NCBI GenBank assembly: GCA_028867755.1 | Contig: JAGWFT010000001.1 | Span: forward strand, 324,727-388,726 | DNA: 64,000 nucleotides | Direction: 5' to 3' | Origin: Nitrososphaerota archaeon | GTDB taxonomy: Archaea > Thermoproteota > Nitrososphaeria > Nitrososphaerales > Nitrosopumilaceae | Part shown: one piece after another, positions 37,436-48,579 of the stretch | Layout of the letters: the number at the start of each line of letters is the position of its first letter | How positions within the stretch are numbered: the stretch's first letter is position 1 | Notes under the pieces: generated by a model | Seen by the model: only the letters and a program-made list of their open reading frames with translations | Database searches by the model: none | Told to the model about the DNA's origin: nothing | Program-made: the position numbers and the translations under genes

Positions 37436-38341
37436 TTATGAATGTATCTCGGGTATCAGATGCAATTTTTTTGATTTCTTTGTATGTGCTATTGCATTTT
37501 TTATCCATTTTTGCAAAAAGTTGATTTGTTTTGGAATGAAGAGATCAACTGATTGTACTTCATCAAACTCATGAATTTTTTGACTAACCTCATCAATCTT
37601 GTAGATGTTGTCGCTATAAAGAAACATTACTATTTTATTTAGATGCACAAATGGATTTTGTAAAAATGAGCCTTCAAACTTTTTCTCTAGTTTAGCCAAA
37701 GTTTTTCTAATGTCTCCATCAACTGAGACAAGGATTGCAAATGGAATGTATTTTCCCATGTTTCTTGGATCATGAATCAAAGTAAACTGAATTGCCTCGT
37801 CATTTTGTAGTTTGTCAAGTGATCTTGCTATTGTTTTTGTAGAAAATCCAGAGATCTTGGAAATCTTTTCTATCTTCAGTCGCGGATCTTTTAACAAGAT
37901 ATCAATTATCTCAATGTCAGTTTTTGTCAAGTCAGATCTTATCTCAGGATTTTTTGCCTCAAATATGCTAAGCACTCTGACATCTCTTAGAATGTTTTTT
38001 GCAATTTCCATTGCATGTTCCGGATTTTCCTTCACAACAATGCTGCATACTGTGATTCCGCCAACACATGGAATAACAAAAAACGGTTCTCCAACAAGTC
38101 GTATCTTGTCTAAAATATCATCGAGCTCTTTTCCTATTACGACGAAATAAACAACACTGTAACCCAAAACTGGAGGCTCAATTTTTAATGTAAATTCTTT
38201 AATTATTTTCTGTTCTACCATCTTCTGAATTCTATATTTTACAGCCACCCCTGAGATCCCAATCTCCTTGCCTATCTGGCTGTCAGGTGTCCTACAGTTA
38301 TTTAGCAAATGGGATAGGATTTCTATATCTAATTTGTCCAT
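37436..38341 (-). CDS. Lrp/AsnC-family regulator with duplicated HTH-ligand modules
   Basis: MDKLDIEIL...IGKEIGISGVAVKYRI and a second LTKTDIEII...DPRLKI..ISKISGFS module. Confidence 0.85.
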   Translation of the reverse strand: MDKLDIEILSHLLNNCRTPDSQIGKEIGISGVAVKYRIQKMVEQKIIKEFTLKIEPPVLGYSVVYFVVIGKELDDILDKIRLVGEPFFVIPCVGGITVCSIVVKENPEHAMEIAKNILRDVRVLSIFEAKNPEIRSDLTKTDIEIIDILLKDPRLKIEKISKISGFSTKTIARSLDKLQNDEAIQFTLIHDPRNMGKYIPFAILVSVDGDIRKTLAKLEKKFEGSFLQNPFVHLNKIVMFLYSDNIYKIDEVSQKIHEFDEVQSVDLFIPKQINFLQKWIKNAIAHTKKSKKLHLIPEIHS

Positions 38342-38458
38342 TCTCTATATCTGCATCTCACTATTCTTTGAATTTAGAACATCTTGTATATATAATTGTC
38401 TTGTTCCTAAACAAAGACAAGGTAAAATATTAAATATACGACTATTTCTTGATCCTTC

Positions 38459-39652
38459 GTGGATTATAGAGCACAGATAGGCATCAGATTTATCACTAGA
38501 CGCAAGGGCAGTCTTATTGCTGCAAGCCTTGCTGTTGCAATTGCAATCTTGGTGGTTCAGGTAAATTCTGTCATTTTTCAGGGTCTTTACAATGCAATCG
38601 TAAGGGATCAGATCAATTATCGATATGGTCATGTTTACATTACAAGAAACGAGGACTATATCACAAAATCAGATTTCATGCTGATAAACTGGCTGGAAAG
38701 AATTCCCTGGGTTCAGGCAGCAGCTCCCCGGCTTGATTCTGTTGCACAAATCAACTCTACTGTGAATGGCCAGCTAATACATGACTATAATGTACAAGTG
38801 ACAGGAATAGACCCAAACTATGATGAGCGAGCATCAACACTGTATCAGACTGTTGGCTCTGGCCAGTATGTTTCATTTAGAAATTCTATAGTGTTAGGGG
38901 CCATGGTGGATAGAGATCTTGGTTATCCCCAAGTAGGAGACAGTGTGAAACTAAAATTCATAGATCAATTTGGCAATAATGTTCTAAGAAGATTTACAAT
39001 TGTTGGCATTACCCAGACTGCAGGTTCTCAAGGAGTAGATAGCGGTGTCATAATAGATATAGATACACTGCGTGAAATTCTTAACAGACCTCACGAAACT
39101 GGATCAATTCTTGTACGATTAAATGATCCAACAAAGGCCGATGATGTAAAGCAACTCTTTCTTAGTGCATTTCCATCAAACGATGACAAATTCAAAGCTC
39201 AGACCATAGAAGAATCTGCAGAAACAACACTTAGTGGGTTTAGATCAGGTATTGCACTGATTAATCTAGTCGGATATTTTGGAATGATGTCATCAGCTTT
39301 TGCTGTTGTTACAATTCAGATGATGCAGGTATCAAGCAAAACTCGTGATATCGGTGTAATGAGAGCAATTGGTGCAAAAAGAAAAGATGTGTTATTGGTA
39401 TTCATATTTCAGGGAATGGTGATAGGTGCAATTGGCGCAGGCCTTGGAACTGTAATGGGTGTGGGATATACAGAATATGCCAAAGAGACTCATATGACAT
39501 TCCAAGGAAGTCTTGCACTAGAGGTGCAGTACAACTGGATGGGAATCATTCAGACAGATATTATGGCATTTATTCTTGCAATAATTGCATCAATCTATCC
39601 TGCATTCAAGGCTACAAAGCTCGAACCCGTGGAGGCCATGCGATTTGCCTGA
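38459..39652 (+). CDS. ABC transporter permease (MacB/LolE/FtsX family)
   Basis: N-terminal TM, large extracellular domain, RDIGVMRAIGA...VFIFQG. Confidence 0.88.
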   Translation: MDYRAQIGIRFITRRKGSLIAASLAVAIAILVVQVNSVIFQGLYNAIVRDQINYRYGHVYITRNEDYITKSDFMLINWLERIPWVQAAAPRLDSVAQINSTVNGQLIHDYNVQVTGIDPNYDERASTLYQTVGSGQYVSFRNSIVLGAMVDRDLGYPQVGDSVKLKFIDQFGNNVLRRFTIVGITQTAGSQGVDSGVIIDIDTLREILNRPHETGSILVRLNDPTKADDVKQLFLSAFPSNDDKFKAQTIEESAETTLSGFRSGIALINLVGYFGMMSSAFAVVTIQMMQVSSKTRDIGVMRAIGAKRKDVLLVFIFQGMVIGAIGAGLGTVMGVGYTEYAKETHMTFQGSLALEVQYNWMGIIQTDIMAFILAIIASIYPAFKATKLEPVEAMRFA

Positions 39653-40343
39653 TAATGTTCTTGAAGTGCACAATGCCGAGAAGATATACGGTGAAGGAGA
39701 AACTGCCGTAACAGCATTACAAAATATAACCTTCACAGTCAAAAAGGGAGAATTCATACTAATAGTTGGAAGTTCAGGTTCTGGCAAATCAACTCTACTG
39801 AACATGATAGGCCTGCTTGATAGGCCAACGCAAGGAAGCATACTTGTTGACGGTGTTGACACTTCTACACTTGACGACAATCATCTTTCTTCTTTTAGAA
39901 ATTCAAAATTGGGTTTCATATTCCAATTTTCAAATCTATTGTCAGACCTTACAGTTTTAGAAAATGTCCTTCTTCCAAGAAAAATCCAAGGAACTGTGGA
40001 TGGTGCAGCACAAGAAGCAAGAACACTCCTTAAAACAGTAGGATTAGAGTCTCAGATGCACAAGTTTGCAAATAAAATTTCAGGTGGCCAGGCACAAAGA
40101 GTTGCAATCACAAGGGCTTTGATAAACAAGCCAGCTATCGTCCTAGCAGACGAGCCGACAGGAAATCTTGACTCGATATCAGCAGAGACTACAGTGCATC
40201 TCTTAAAATCACTGAACCGAAAACTCAACCAGACTTTCATAATTGTTACACACGACAGGCCACAGTTTGGTGAAGTCGATAAAATAGTAACAATAAAAGA
40301 TGGTAGGATTGTCGAAGGAGAATTGGAGACAAGTCTGAGATGA
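39645..40343 (+). CDS. ABC transporter ATP-binding protein (LolD/MacB-like)
   Basis: GSSGSGKST, ISGGQAQRV, LADEPTGNLD; TTG at 39645 preferred over 39585. Confidence 0.93.
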   Translation: MPDNVLEVHNAEKIYGEGETAVTALQNITFTVKKGEFILIVGSSGSGKSTLLNMIGLLDRPTQGSILVDGVDTSTLDDNHLSSFRNSKLGFIFQFSNLLSDLTVLENVLLPRKIQGTVDGAAQEARTLLKTVGLESQMHKFANKISGGQAQRVAITRALINKPAIVLADEPTGNLDSISAETTVHLLKSLNRKLNQTFIIVTHDRPQFGEVDKIVTIKDGRIVEGELETSLR

Positions 40344-41992
40344 TTTACAAAACTATTCTTCTAGCAACAGTAATTCTAATGGGCTACTTGGTGGTTCCAA
40401 GTTATGCACAGAGTGCACCAGAGCAGTCTCTACCTGGAGAATCGCCTTTTGCACATGACTTTACTAATATCAAACTTCTTGATTCATACTTTGGATATCC
40501 AAACCAAAAGATCGAAGTCCAGCCAGGAGACAAGAACGTGCCGTTTACAATGGTATTTTCAAACGTTGGCACAGAAGACATTTCTGGAATTGCAGGATTC
40601 CTGTCCCTACCTGCACAGTTTACACCGGCAACTTCGGCAGGGGGAGTAATCGAGGCTGATAACACCCAGGTTGCACCAGCTGGCAATTCATTTACACTCA
40701 CATTCTACCTAAACGTGGACAAGTCACTAGCTATACATGACTATACAGGAACAGCCAAACTAACCTATTCACTAGTCAGAGAAAATGGAATCCGCCAGGT
40801 CTTCTTTGACTTTGATTTCAAGCTTACAGGAAAGGGACTGCTCAACATGAAGGCTGACAATCCATTCTTACAACCAGCAACAAACAACCAAGTTACAGTA
40901 GAAGTATCTAATTCTGGCACTGCAGGCCTCAATAATGTAGACATTGTACTAAGCCAGTTATCAAATTCCACCAGTATGGCATCTAATCTACAAAATGTTG
41001 TAATAGATCAACATCACTGGAATGTAGGAACGGTTTCATCAGGGTCATCGAACTCATATTCATTTAACATATTTGTGCCGCAGGATCTTGCAGGACAAAC
41101 ACTGCATATACCGTTTACATTGAGCTACTTTGATGGCCAAGGAAACCAAATATCTGATACACGAACAGTTGATCTCATTGTAGGGCCGGCAAGTTCTACT
41201 TCCATAATAAAACTCTCAACGCCATCTTATCTGATGATGGGAGTCATGCAAAATCTTACTCTTGGGTTGCAGAACACATCTCCATCAAAAATTTCTAACA
41301 TCTCTGTTAGCATAACTCCAAACTCTCCAGACTTTAAGATTCTACAGGACAACAAGTGGTTTATTCAGGAAATAAATCCATTAACAAGTGGAGTTTTGCA
41401 AATACCAGTCTTTGCAGATCAAAACATCGAGGGCCAAGCAGTAAACTTTGACGTGAACATACAATACACAAAAGATGGTTCAACTGTAATTGAAAAACAA
41501 AGTTTTGCATCTTACATACGAGGAGTAATTGATGTATCAGTTTACGGAGTCCAAGTCTCCGAGATTGCAGGCAAGCAGATGATAATCGGAAATATTCTCA
41601 ACCAAGGAAACATCAAGGGCCAGTTTGGACAAGTTACATTGGATCCACTTGAGAGCTCAACCATAAAAGAAACAACACAGTACATAGGCGACCTTGATAT
41701 TGATGCCCCAGTTCCATTTAACGTGCCAGTAGATTCAACTAGTGTACAATTGTCAGGGGACCAAAAGGTCATGGTCACGTTAACATACAAAGACACACTT
41801 CTCCAAACTCATACAATTACTCAGGTAGATACTGTATCATTTGGAGCTCCAGCACCGCAATCTGATGGAAGTTTTTCACAGTTACAACTAGTGATTCTTG
41901 TTGCCATTGCAGCAGGAATTGGAGGAATTGTCTTTAAGATAAAGAAAAAACCAAAGATTCCTGTAGAAAAGACAGTCCAAGAAACAACCTAA
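40340..41992 (+). CDS. Secreted, C-terminally anchored COG1361-type (S-layer-domain/Ig-like) protein
   Basis: Signal peptide, repeated beta-rich modules, C-terminal TM + Lys-rich tail; follows the ABC genes. Confidence 0.75.
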   Translation: MIYKTILLATVILMGYLVVPSYAQSAPEQSLPGESPFAHDFTNIKLLDSYFGYPNQKIEVQPGDKNVPFTMVFSNVGTEDISGIAGFLSLPAQFTPATSAGGVIEADNTQVAPAGNSFTLTFYLNVDKSLAIHDYTGTAKLTYSLVRENGIRQVFFDFDFKLTGKGLLNMKADNPFLQPATNNQVTVEVSNSGTAGLNNVDIVLSQLSNSTSMASNLQNVVIDQHHWNVGTVSSGSSNSYSFNIFVPQDLAGQTLHIPFTLSYFDGQGNQISDTRTVDLIVGPASSTSIIKLSTPSYLMMGVMQNLTLGLQNTSPSKISNISVSITPNSPDFKILQDNKWFIQEINPLTSGVLQIPVFADQNIEGQAVNFDVNIQYTKDGSTVIEKQSFASYIRGVIDVSVYGVQVSEIAGKQMIIGNILNQGNIKGQFGQVTLDPLESSTIKETTQYIGDLDIDAPVPFNVPVDSTSVQLSGDQKVMVTLTYKDTLLQTHTITQVDTVSFGAPAPQSDGSFSQLQLVILVAIAAGIGGIVFKIKKKPKIPVEKTVQETT

Positions 41993-42018
41993 ACTTATTA
42001 TTTAGAGATAGCCGCTTT

Positions 42019-42417
42019 TTGAACATGGCTTCGGATGAGATCGAAGTCCCAAAAGAAGTTCGCCCTTTCATGCTAGATGATGCTGAGGAAACAAATTTGG
42101 GCCAAAAAAATGGAGCCACCAGACAATTTCGATATGGCAATCTACACATTAGAGAATATGAAGACAAGTATCTTGTCCATGTAGACAAGGTAGACCCCAG
42201 AATTGATCCGCTGGGACATCTGATACGTGATGCACCGGAATTTTTAATCGGCATGGCAAGCGCTTATTGGGGAGGAAAAAAAATTGCCTACGAAGTTTAC
42301 AAATTACAAAAGAACAAACCTTTTGCAGCACTTGGGGCAAGCGTCACAGGACTTGTGGCCTCAGTTGTAACTGGATACATGGGATATTCACTAGTAAAGA
42401 AACTAAAGGGCCTCTAG
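42019..42417 (+). CDS. Hypothetical membrane-associated protein
   Basis: Soluble N-terminus (LHIREY..HVDKVDP) and two hydrophobic segments. Confidence 0.65.
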   Translation: MNMASDEIEVPKEVRPFMLDDAEETNLGQKNGATRQFRYGNLHIREYEDKYLVHVDKVDPRIDPLGHLIRDAPEFLIGMASAYWGGKKIAYEVYKLQKNKPFAALGASVTGLVASVVTGYMGYSLVKKLKGL

Positions 42418-42468
42418 GAGGGACCTGTCATTTCAAAATCTCGCACACTTCGAACCTTCCTCAAACTT

Positions 42469-43980
42469 TTGCCCCTTGTCATAGCTTTGCGAAAGGACAG
42501 GAGAGAGTGGGTTAGAAGGGAAGGAAAAAATGTAAACGTGTCAAGATACCAAAAAAATGCTCGCAAGGCACTAGATACTTTTGTCTCTCTTGGCCCAGTC
42601 TACATCAAGCTTGGACAGTGGCTTTCATCAAGAGCCGACATACTTCCTCAGCCATACATGGAAGAGCTTGCAAAGCTTCAGGATGAAGTGCCAGCAGCTC
42701 CGTTTGATCAGGTAAAACCAATTATTGAAAATGACTTGGGTCCAATTGAAAGAAATTTTGATTATATTGACAAAAATGCAATCTCCGGTGCATCTCTTGG
42801 CCAAGTGTATCGCGCAAAAGTAAAAGGACAAGATGTTATTGTTAAGATAAAGCGTCCTGGCATAGAGCAAGTGGTAGAAAAGGACATCAAGGTTCTAAAA
42901 AAAATCATTCCCTTTGCAATGAGGTTTGTTGACCCAAACCTGAGATATTCTGCTGATGCCATGCTTTCACAATTCATAGAAACAATTCACGAGGAAATGG
43001 ATTATCAAATGGAATCACAAAACCTAAAGACAATTCGAAGAAACTTTCACAGCTATCCAAAGGTAATAATCCCTTCAGTCATGGACAACTATTCCAGCAA
43101 AAACATACTCACCATGGAGTATATCCCAGGAATAAAGATAACAAACGTAAAGGCACTCGATGAGGCTGGAATCAACAGGGAACAGCTCGTAGTACGTGCC
43201 CACAAGGTCTTTTTTACAATGCTCTTGCGCCATGAGATGTTTCATGCAGACCCACATCCTGGAAATATCTCAGTCACAAACGACGGCTCTCTGATATTGT
43301 ATGATTTTGGAATGGTGGGAAGACTTGACAGCAAAACCCGCCTAAAATTAATACGACTGTATCTTGCGCTTGTTGAAAAAGATTCTACAAGGACGGTAAG
43401 TGCCATGGATGACCTTGGAATGCTTATGCCTGGCTATGATAGGGGAATCATCGAACAGGGAATTGGCATGTCAATTCAAGCAATGTATGGAACCAAGGTT
43501 GATAGAATGGAAGTCAAGGCACTGATGGAGCTTGCAAATAAAACAATGAGCAGGTTTCCGTTCAAGCTTCCAAAACACCTTGCACTCTACATGAGGATGG
43601 CATCAATTCTTGAGGGAATCTATCTTACACACAAGGTGAACTTTAGGTTCATCAGTGTTCTGCAAAATATCTTAGAAGAAGAAAATATTGTAAAAGACGC
43701 ATATGTCGAAGAGATCAAACTTGCATTTGGCAGACTAGTAAAATCAGTTGATGCTGCAATAGCAGTTGTCCCTGAGATTAGAAAATTCCTAGAGGACACA
43801 AAAAGAATACGTGAAAACCCCCCAAAACCAAAAAATGTTTTGCTTGCAGGAAGCATCTTGTCAGCAGCAGTGTTTGTTGGCGCTACAATTCTTTATGCGA
43901 CAAATCATCTTGTTGGAGAGGTAGGTATGGTAGGTTCTGTAGCTATTATGGGAATTTCTATTGCAATGAAAGAACACTAG
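42469..43980 (+). CDS. ABC1/UbiB atypical kinase
   Basis: LGPVYIKLGQWLSSRAD, GASLGQVY, VKIKRP, FHADPHPGN, YDFGMVG. Confidence 0.93.
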   Translation: MPLVIALRKDRREWVRREGKNVNVSRYQKNARKALDTFVSLGPVYIKLGQWLSSRADILPQPYMEELAKLQDEVPAAPFDQVKPIIENDLGPIERNFDYIDKNAISGASLGQVYRAKVKGQDVIVKIKRPGIEQVVEKDIKVLKKIIPFAMRFVDPNLRYSADAMLSQFIETIHEEMDYQMESQNLKTIRRNFHSYPKVIIPSVMDNYSSKNILTMEYIPGIKITNVKALDEAGINREQLVVRAHKVFFTMLLRHEMFHADPHPGNISVTNDGSLILYDFGMVGRLDSKTRLKLIRLYLALVEKDSTRTVSAMDDLGMLMPGYDRGIIEQGIGMSIQAMYGTKVDRMEVKALMELANKTMSRFPFKLPKHLALYMRMASILEGIYLTHKVNFRFISVLQNILEEENIVKDAYVEEIKLAFGRLVKSVDAAIAVVPEIRKFLEDTKRIRENPPKPKNVLLAGSILSAAVFVGATILYATNHLVGEVGMVGSVAIMGISIAMKEH

Positions 43981-44364
43981 CTATTCTATTGTGATATTTT
44001 TTCCAGTCTTTATCGGAATTGTCAGCGTAAGTACGCCATCATGATATTTTGCAGATGCACCAAGGTCTTCCTCGTCTTTTACCCTCATCGGCAGCCTAAT
44101 TTTCTTGTCGATAACATTGGGTCTCTGGTGCCAGATTACTGTCCCCTCTTCAACTGTCTCTCTTTTTGCGTTAATAGATAGTATATGGCCATGAATTCTA
44201 AGCTTGATCTCCTTTTTGTCAAATCCAGGCATGTCTATTGACACAACAAGGCTGTCATTTTGCATGACAATATCTACTGGAGGAAGAATAAACTCGTAGA
44301 ATTCCCTTGACTTGTTTCCTATCTCTTTCATTACTTCTTTTACCATATAGTAACCCAAGCCCAT
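43981..44364 (-). CDS. Small heat-shock protein (Hsp20 family)
   Basis: PVDI...DMPGFDKKEIKL...AKYHDGVLTLTIP. Confidence 0.9.
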   Translation of the reverse strand: MGLGYYMVKEVMKEIGNKSREFYEFILPPVDIVMQNDSLVVSIDMPGFDKKEIKLRIHGHILSINAKRETVEEGTVIWHQRPNVIDKKIRLPMRVKDEEDLGASAKYHDGVLTLTIPIKTGKNITIE

Positions 44365-44444
44365 TTTGTTACTTTTAGCACTTTTTTGGTTATTAAACGT
44401 TAGTCAATTTATAATTTATCTACCGCCCCATTCAATAGGATTTC

Positions 44445-45026
44445 ATGATTATAGTTATAGAAGGTTTTGACCAGGCAGGAAAGAAAACGCAATCAAAACT
44501 TTTGGCAAACTTTTTGAAGACCAAAAACATGAAATCAAAAATATTTAGTTTTCCAGATTATTCTACACCAATTGGAAAAGAGATTAGGCGTTATCTTGGA
44601 GGGAAACGATCATTTCCGCCCCAAGTAATTCATTGCCTTCTTGCTGCAAACAGGTGGGAGAAGGCAAAGGAAATCAATGATGCACTATTAGAAAATTATA
44701 TTGTTATAATGAATAGATACTACCAATCAAATCTTGTCTACGGCACAGTAAACGGACTTGACATGAAATGGCTTGAAAATTTGGATGACGGACTACCAAA
44801 AGAAGACCTTGTAATTCTTCTTGACGTAAATCCCACAGACTCGTTTTCTAGAAAAAAAGAAAGACGTGACAAGTTCGAAGAGAACATAGAGTTTGCACAA
44901 AAAATAACGGGAACATACAGAAAGCTAGCAAAAAATCTTGGTTGGCATGTTGTAAGCGCATCACGCCACAAGCAAGCAGTCCATCAGGATGTCAGGCAGA
45001 TTGTTCTAAAACAGATGATAAAGTAA
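44445..45026 (+). CDS. tmk: Thymidylate kinase
   Basis: IEGFDQAGKKTQ, MNRYYQSNLVYG. Confidence 0.93.
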   Translation: MIIVIEGFDQAGKKTQSKLLANFLKTKNMKSKIFSFPDYSTPIGKEIRRYLGGKRSFPPQVIHCLLAANRWEKAKEINDALLENYIVIMNRYYQSNLVYGTVNGLDMKWLENLDDGLPKEDLVILLDVNPTDSFSRKKERRDKFEENIEFAQKITGTYRKLAKNLGWHVVSASRHKQAVHQDVRQIVLKQMIK

Positions 45027-45027
45027 T

Positions 45028-46272
45028 ATGGAAAAAAAATATCTCCAGATTGTAGATCCGATACATGGATTCATCAACGTATACAAACATGAGACTAATG
45101 TTATCGACAACCCAATCTTTCAGAGACTTAGAAGAATAAGGCAGCTTGCTGGTGCCCATCTTGTTTACCCGGGAGCGCAACATTCTAGATTTGAACACTC
45201 GCTTGGTACAATGCATATTGCAAGCCAAGCTGCATCGATACTGGAAGAAAAGGGTCACCTTGGATCTGATGACATAAAAAATATCAGACTTGCAGCACTC
45301 TTGCATGACATCGGACACGGCCCGTTTTCACACCTGTTTGAGGAGGTACTTCAGAAACAGAAAAAAATTTCTCATGAAAAAATAGGCAAGAACCTAATCC
45401 TAAAATCAGAAATTGGTGATCTCATATCAAAAAATGGCTTTGACAAGGACTTTATCAGCAAGCTATCATTTGGAAACTCAAAATACCAATTCATGAACGA
45501 GATCATCTCAGGCGGCCTGAGTTCTGACATGATGGACTATCTTCTTCGTGACAGCTATTTTACCGGAGCAGAGCATGCAAGAATTGACTTTAAGAGAATC
45601 ATAAACTCGTTTGATGTTCATGAAAAAAAGCTCTCCCTTGACAAGTCTGCCCTCCATTCATTTGAGTCAATGATGATTTCAAGATACCAGATGTTCAGGG
45701 CTGTCTATTTCCACAAGACTGTTAGATCAGCAGAGGTAATGCTGATCGAATCAATGCTTCTTGCAGACAAGGAGCTTGGGCTTGCTACCGATAACCTAGA
45801 AAAATACGTCCAGTTCACTGATGAGTTTATCATTTCAAAGCTAATCTCTCTGCCAAAGACAAGCCCAGAGCTTAGACGTGCAAGCAAGCTCGCACTAGAC
45901 TATCAAGAGCGCAGGCTGTTAAAATGTGTCTACGAAAAAATTTTCATGAAACCTAGGATGGGCAATGTCAATCGATCTGAACTACAGCGTGATATAGCAA
46001 GAAAAGCCAAAGTAGACGAGTCAGAGATATTTGTAGATATATCTAAAACTCCATCAATTCCACTTACACCGTCAAAAAAAGAATCCCAGTCAATAATTCT
46101 TACATCAACCAGAGGGCCAGGACCAAAGGAGGCATATGAATTGCCAATCTCAGAAATTCCACTAGTGTCTGCCATCTCGGGATTTATGGATATTTTACGA
46201 ATATACACAAGACAGCAATTTAGAAAAAAGGTTGAAATGTCAGCAGAAATTATTCTTGGTGAAAACAGATAA
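45028..46272 (+). CDS. HD-domain phosphohydrolase (dNTP triphosphohydrolase-like)
   Basis: [47 protein letters not shown]. Confidence 0.9.
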   Translation: MEKKYLQIVDPIHGFINVYKHETNVIDNPIFQRLRRIRQLAGAHLVYPGAQHSRFEHSLGTMHIASQAASILEEKGHLGSDDIKNIRLAALLHDIGHGPFSHLFEEVLQKQKKISHEKIGKNLILKSEIGDLISKNGFDKDFISKLSFGNSKYQFMNEIISGGLSSDMMDYLLRDSYFTGAEHARIDFKRIINSFDVHEKKLSLDKSALHSFESMMISRYQMFRAVYFHKTVRSAEVMLIESMLLADKELGLATDNLEKYVQFTDEFIISKLISLPKTSPELRRASKLALDYQERRLLKCVYEKIFMKPRMGNVNRSELQRDIARKAKVDESEIFVDISKTPSIPLTPSKKESQSIILTSTRGPGPKEAYELPISEIPLVSAISGFMDILRIYTRQQFRKKVEMSAEIILGENR

Positions 46273-46949
46273 TGAGAAAAAGAATTGTCATAAAGCTATC
46301 AGGTAGTCTTTTTGGTCTTGAAGACACAAAGACATTGAAGCAGTTTGCAGAGTTTTTTGTCAGGTCAAGCAAGATTTGCCAGCCAATCATAATTGCAGGC
46401 GGAGGAAAGATAGCAAGGCATTACATCTCACATGCAAGGTTGTCGGGTGTAGACGAGTCCACGCTTGACGAGCTTGGCATCGAGGTATCTCGACTAAATG
46501 CAAGACTGTTGATCTTTGCGTTACAAGACAAGGCATATCCACATCCTCCAACCAACTTGAAGGAGACAGCAAATGCAGCAGACAGCGGTCTGATAGTGGT
46601 TACAGGAGGACTACATCCTGGGCAGAGCACAAATGCTACTGCAGCACTAATTGCAGAAAAGGTAAGAGCAAGCGCATTTCTTAATGCAACCGATGTTGAT
46701 GGTGTCTATGATTCTGATCCGCGCAAAAACAAACATGCAAAAAAATTCAAAAAAATTCCACTCAAGAATCTTCGAAGTATGCTTGTACACCAAGATTCTG
46801 TTGCAGGAGGCTATGATCTGATGGATATCGTGGCGCTAAAGGTAATTGAGCGCTCCAAGATCAAGACAAGAATTCTAAAGGCAGACATCAAGACACTGGA
46901 AAAAGCCATCAAGGGAAGTCCAGAAGGTACAGAAATTACACTAGTTTAA
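46272..46949 (+). CDS. pyrH: UMP kinase
   Basis: [36 protein letters not shown]. Confidence 0.95.
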   Translation: MRKRIVIKLSGSLFGLEDTKTLKQFAEFFVRSSKICQPIIIAGGGKIARHYISHARLSGVDESTLDELGIEVSRLNARLLIFALQDKAYPHPPTNLKETANAADSGLIVVTGGLHPGQSTNATAALIAEKVRASAFLNATDVDGVYDSDPRKNKHAKKFKKIPLKNLRSMLVHQDSVAGGYDLMDIVALKVIERSKIKTRILKADIKTLEKAIKGSPEGTEITLV

Positions 46950-47289
46950 CAGGATCAGTATACTCTAAAATTCCAGCAGCAATTACTTTTTGTAAGATCT
47001 CTCTTGCTTGTTCTTCGGACAGGGTCTTTGACTGTGCCTTGGCATATCCCTCCTCGTCCACTATGACAGTAACCCACCCATCCTGCTTTTGAGATATTGC
47101 TACAAATTCTTTTTCTCCAACTGGAACAAATATTCCTTGAGATTTTTTTACTGTTAGAGTAAGCATGGCAAAACCTGCATGTTCAAACAGAGTCATCTGA
47201 GATTTTCTTGATCTGTCTTGGCCAATTCTTACGGCTTGGTGATACTGCACAAGTTTAGATCTTGAAACTTTTACTATAAGGGTTTTCAA
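46936..47289 (-). CDS. Hypothetical protein
   Basis: 117-aa ORF; no recognised motif. Confidence 0.6.
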   Translation of the reverse strand: MKTLIVKVSRSKLVQYHQAVRIGQDRSRKSQMTLFEHAGFAMLTLTVKKSQGIFVPVGEKEFVAISQKQDGWVTVIVDEEGYAKAQSKTLSEEQAREILQKVIAAGILEYTDPVKLV

Positions 47290-47325
47290 CTAACTCAAGG
47301 TTTAATTGAAGAATGAACTGATTGT

Positions 47326-47895
47326 ATGCTGTACTTGGATGCAAAAATCATACTTTATGGCGCGGTTGCAGTAATTATTGCAGTTATTATCGGGTTTGCA
47401 GTTCTGCCAGGTTCTGGTATGATAAAAAATTTCATACCTCAGGGTCCAAACGTGCCTACCTCAATGACAGCAGTTTCAACTCAGATCAAGCCCCTCTCTA
47501 TACAATATAACGGAACCTCGGTTGTTTCATCTGACCAAAGAAACGCGACACTACAAACTAATTTCTACGTTACAAACCCAAACAACACCACGATAATTCT
47601 TGAATCCATAAATTATGTCATCTATTATGGCCCAACAGTCATTGGACATGGAGAGATAGGACAAGGATACGAAGATAACTGGCAAAGTTCCTACTATTTT
47701 CCACTTGTAGCAGGTACTTCGTCAAATATCCAAGATAATGCAGTCATTGTAAATACTGGAAACTATCCAGACATCTGGTCTGCAATACAAAAAGGAACAT
47801 CAAAGATTACTGTTTCAGGAACAGCATACTATGCGGTAAAGACTGCCTTTAGTGGCAGTGACTATACAACAGATTTCAACTTTACAAAATCCTAG
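47326..47895 (+). CDS. Membrane-anchored exported protein (LEA_2/WHy-like)
   Basis: N-terminal TM followed by FYVTNPNNTTIILESINY beta-sandwich pattern. Confidence 0.6.
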   Translation: MLYLDAKIILYGAVAVIIAVIIGFAVLPGSGMIKNFIPQGPNVPTSMTAVSTQIKPLSIQYNGTSVVSSDQRNATLQTNFYVTNPNNTTIILESINYVIYYGPTVIGHGEIGQGYEDNWQSSYYFPLVAGTSSNIQDNAVIVNTGNYPDIWSAIQKGTSKITVSGTAYYAVKTAFSGSDYTTDFNFTKS

Positions 47896-47896
47896 T

Positions 47897-48478
47897 TTAT
47901 TGCAGTGCAGGATTGTATCTTGATCGCATGAATTTCACCAGATAGACAAAGCCAAGGATTATCCATGTTAGTATCATCGCTCCCCAAGCAAACACAATGA
48001 GTTGATCTAGGTTGAGGCCATACTGATCCATGATTGCAGTAACCTGTGTTGGTATTACCAGATTAAGCTGGTATAGAGGAAAAAGATACTGGTTGATATT
48101 TTGATTATTATCAAGTACATTGTATCCAAGCAACTGTACCACTGCATGCCACCCAAAGAAGAACGTAACAAAAAAGAAAACTGCCTTTCTTCCTATTGCC
48201 TTTTTGTATCCTCGCTTTTCATATCTTTCAAGCCTTTGTTTTACTCGTGCAAGCTCTGTCTTTAGTTCTTCAACAGTTTGATGCTGTCCACCTTTTCTTT
48301 TTTTAGACGGTTCAATATACGCAGAGATTAATGATTCAAGATATTTTCTGTCAGAAATGTACAATGGTCTTTCTTCTTGAAGCATGCTTAGGATGTAGGT
48401 TAATCTACCATTGTCTCCCTTCTTTGCATCAATCAAGTGCACTACATGTTCAATTAGCTCATCGTCCATCGTAATCAC
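47897..48478 (-). CDS. Hypothetical membrane protein
   Basis: Soluble N-terminus with coiled coil, two TM segments. Confidence 0.6.
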   Translation of the reverse strand: MITMDDELIEHVVHLIDAKKGDNGRLTYILSMLQEERPLYISDRKYLESLISAYIEPSKKRKGGQHQTVEELKTELARVKQRLERYEKRGYKKAIGRKAVFFFVTFFFGWHAVVQLLGYNVLDNNQNINQYLFPLYQLNLVIPTQVTAIMDQYGLNLDQLIVFAWGAMILTWIILGFVYLVKFMRSRYNPALQ

Positions 48479-48579
48479 CTATGCCTCAATACGATTGAAT
48501 TGCTAGGTTCAGTTTTAGATAACCTTATCAATATTATCAAGCTCCTTTGGAAAAGGATTTTGATTATTCATGAGAGAGG

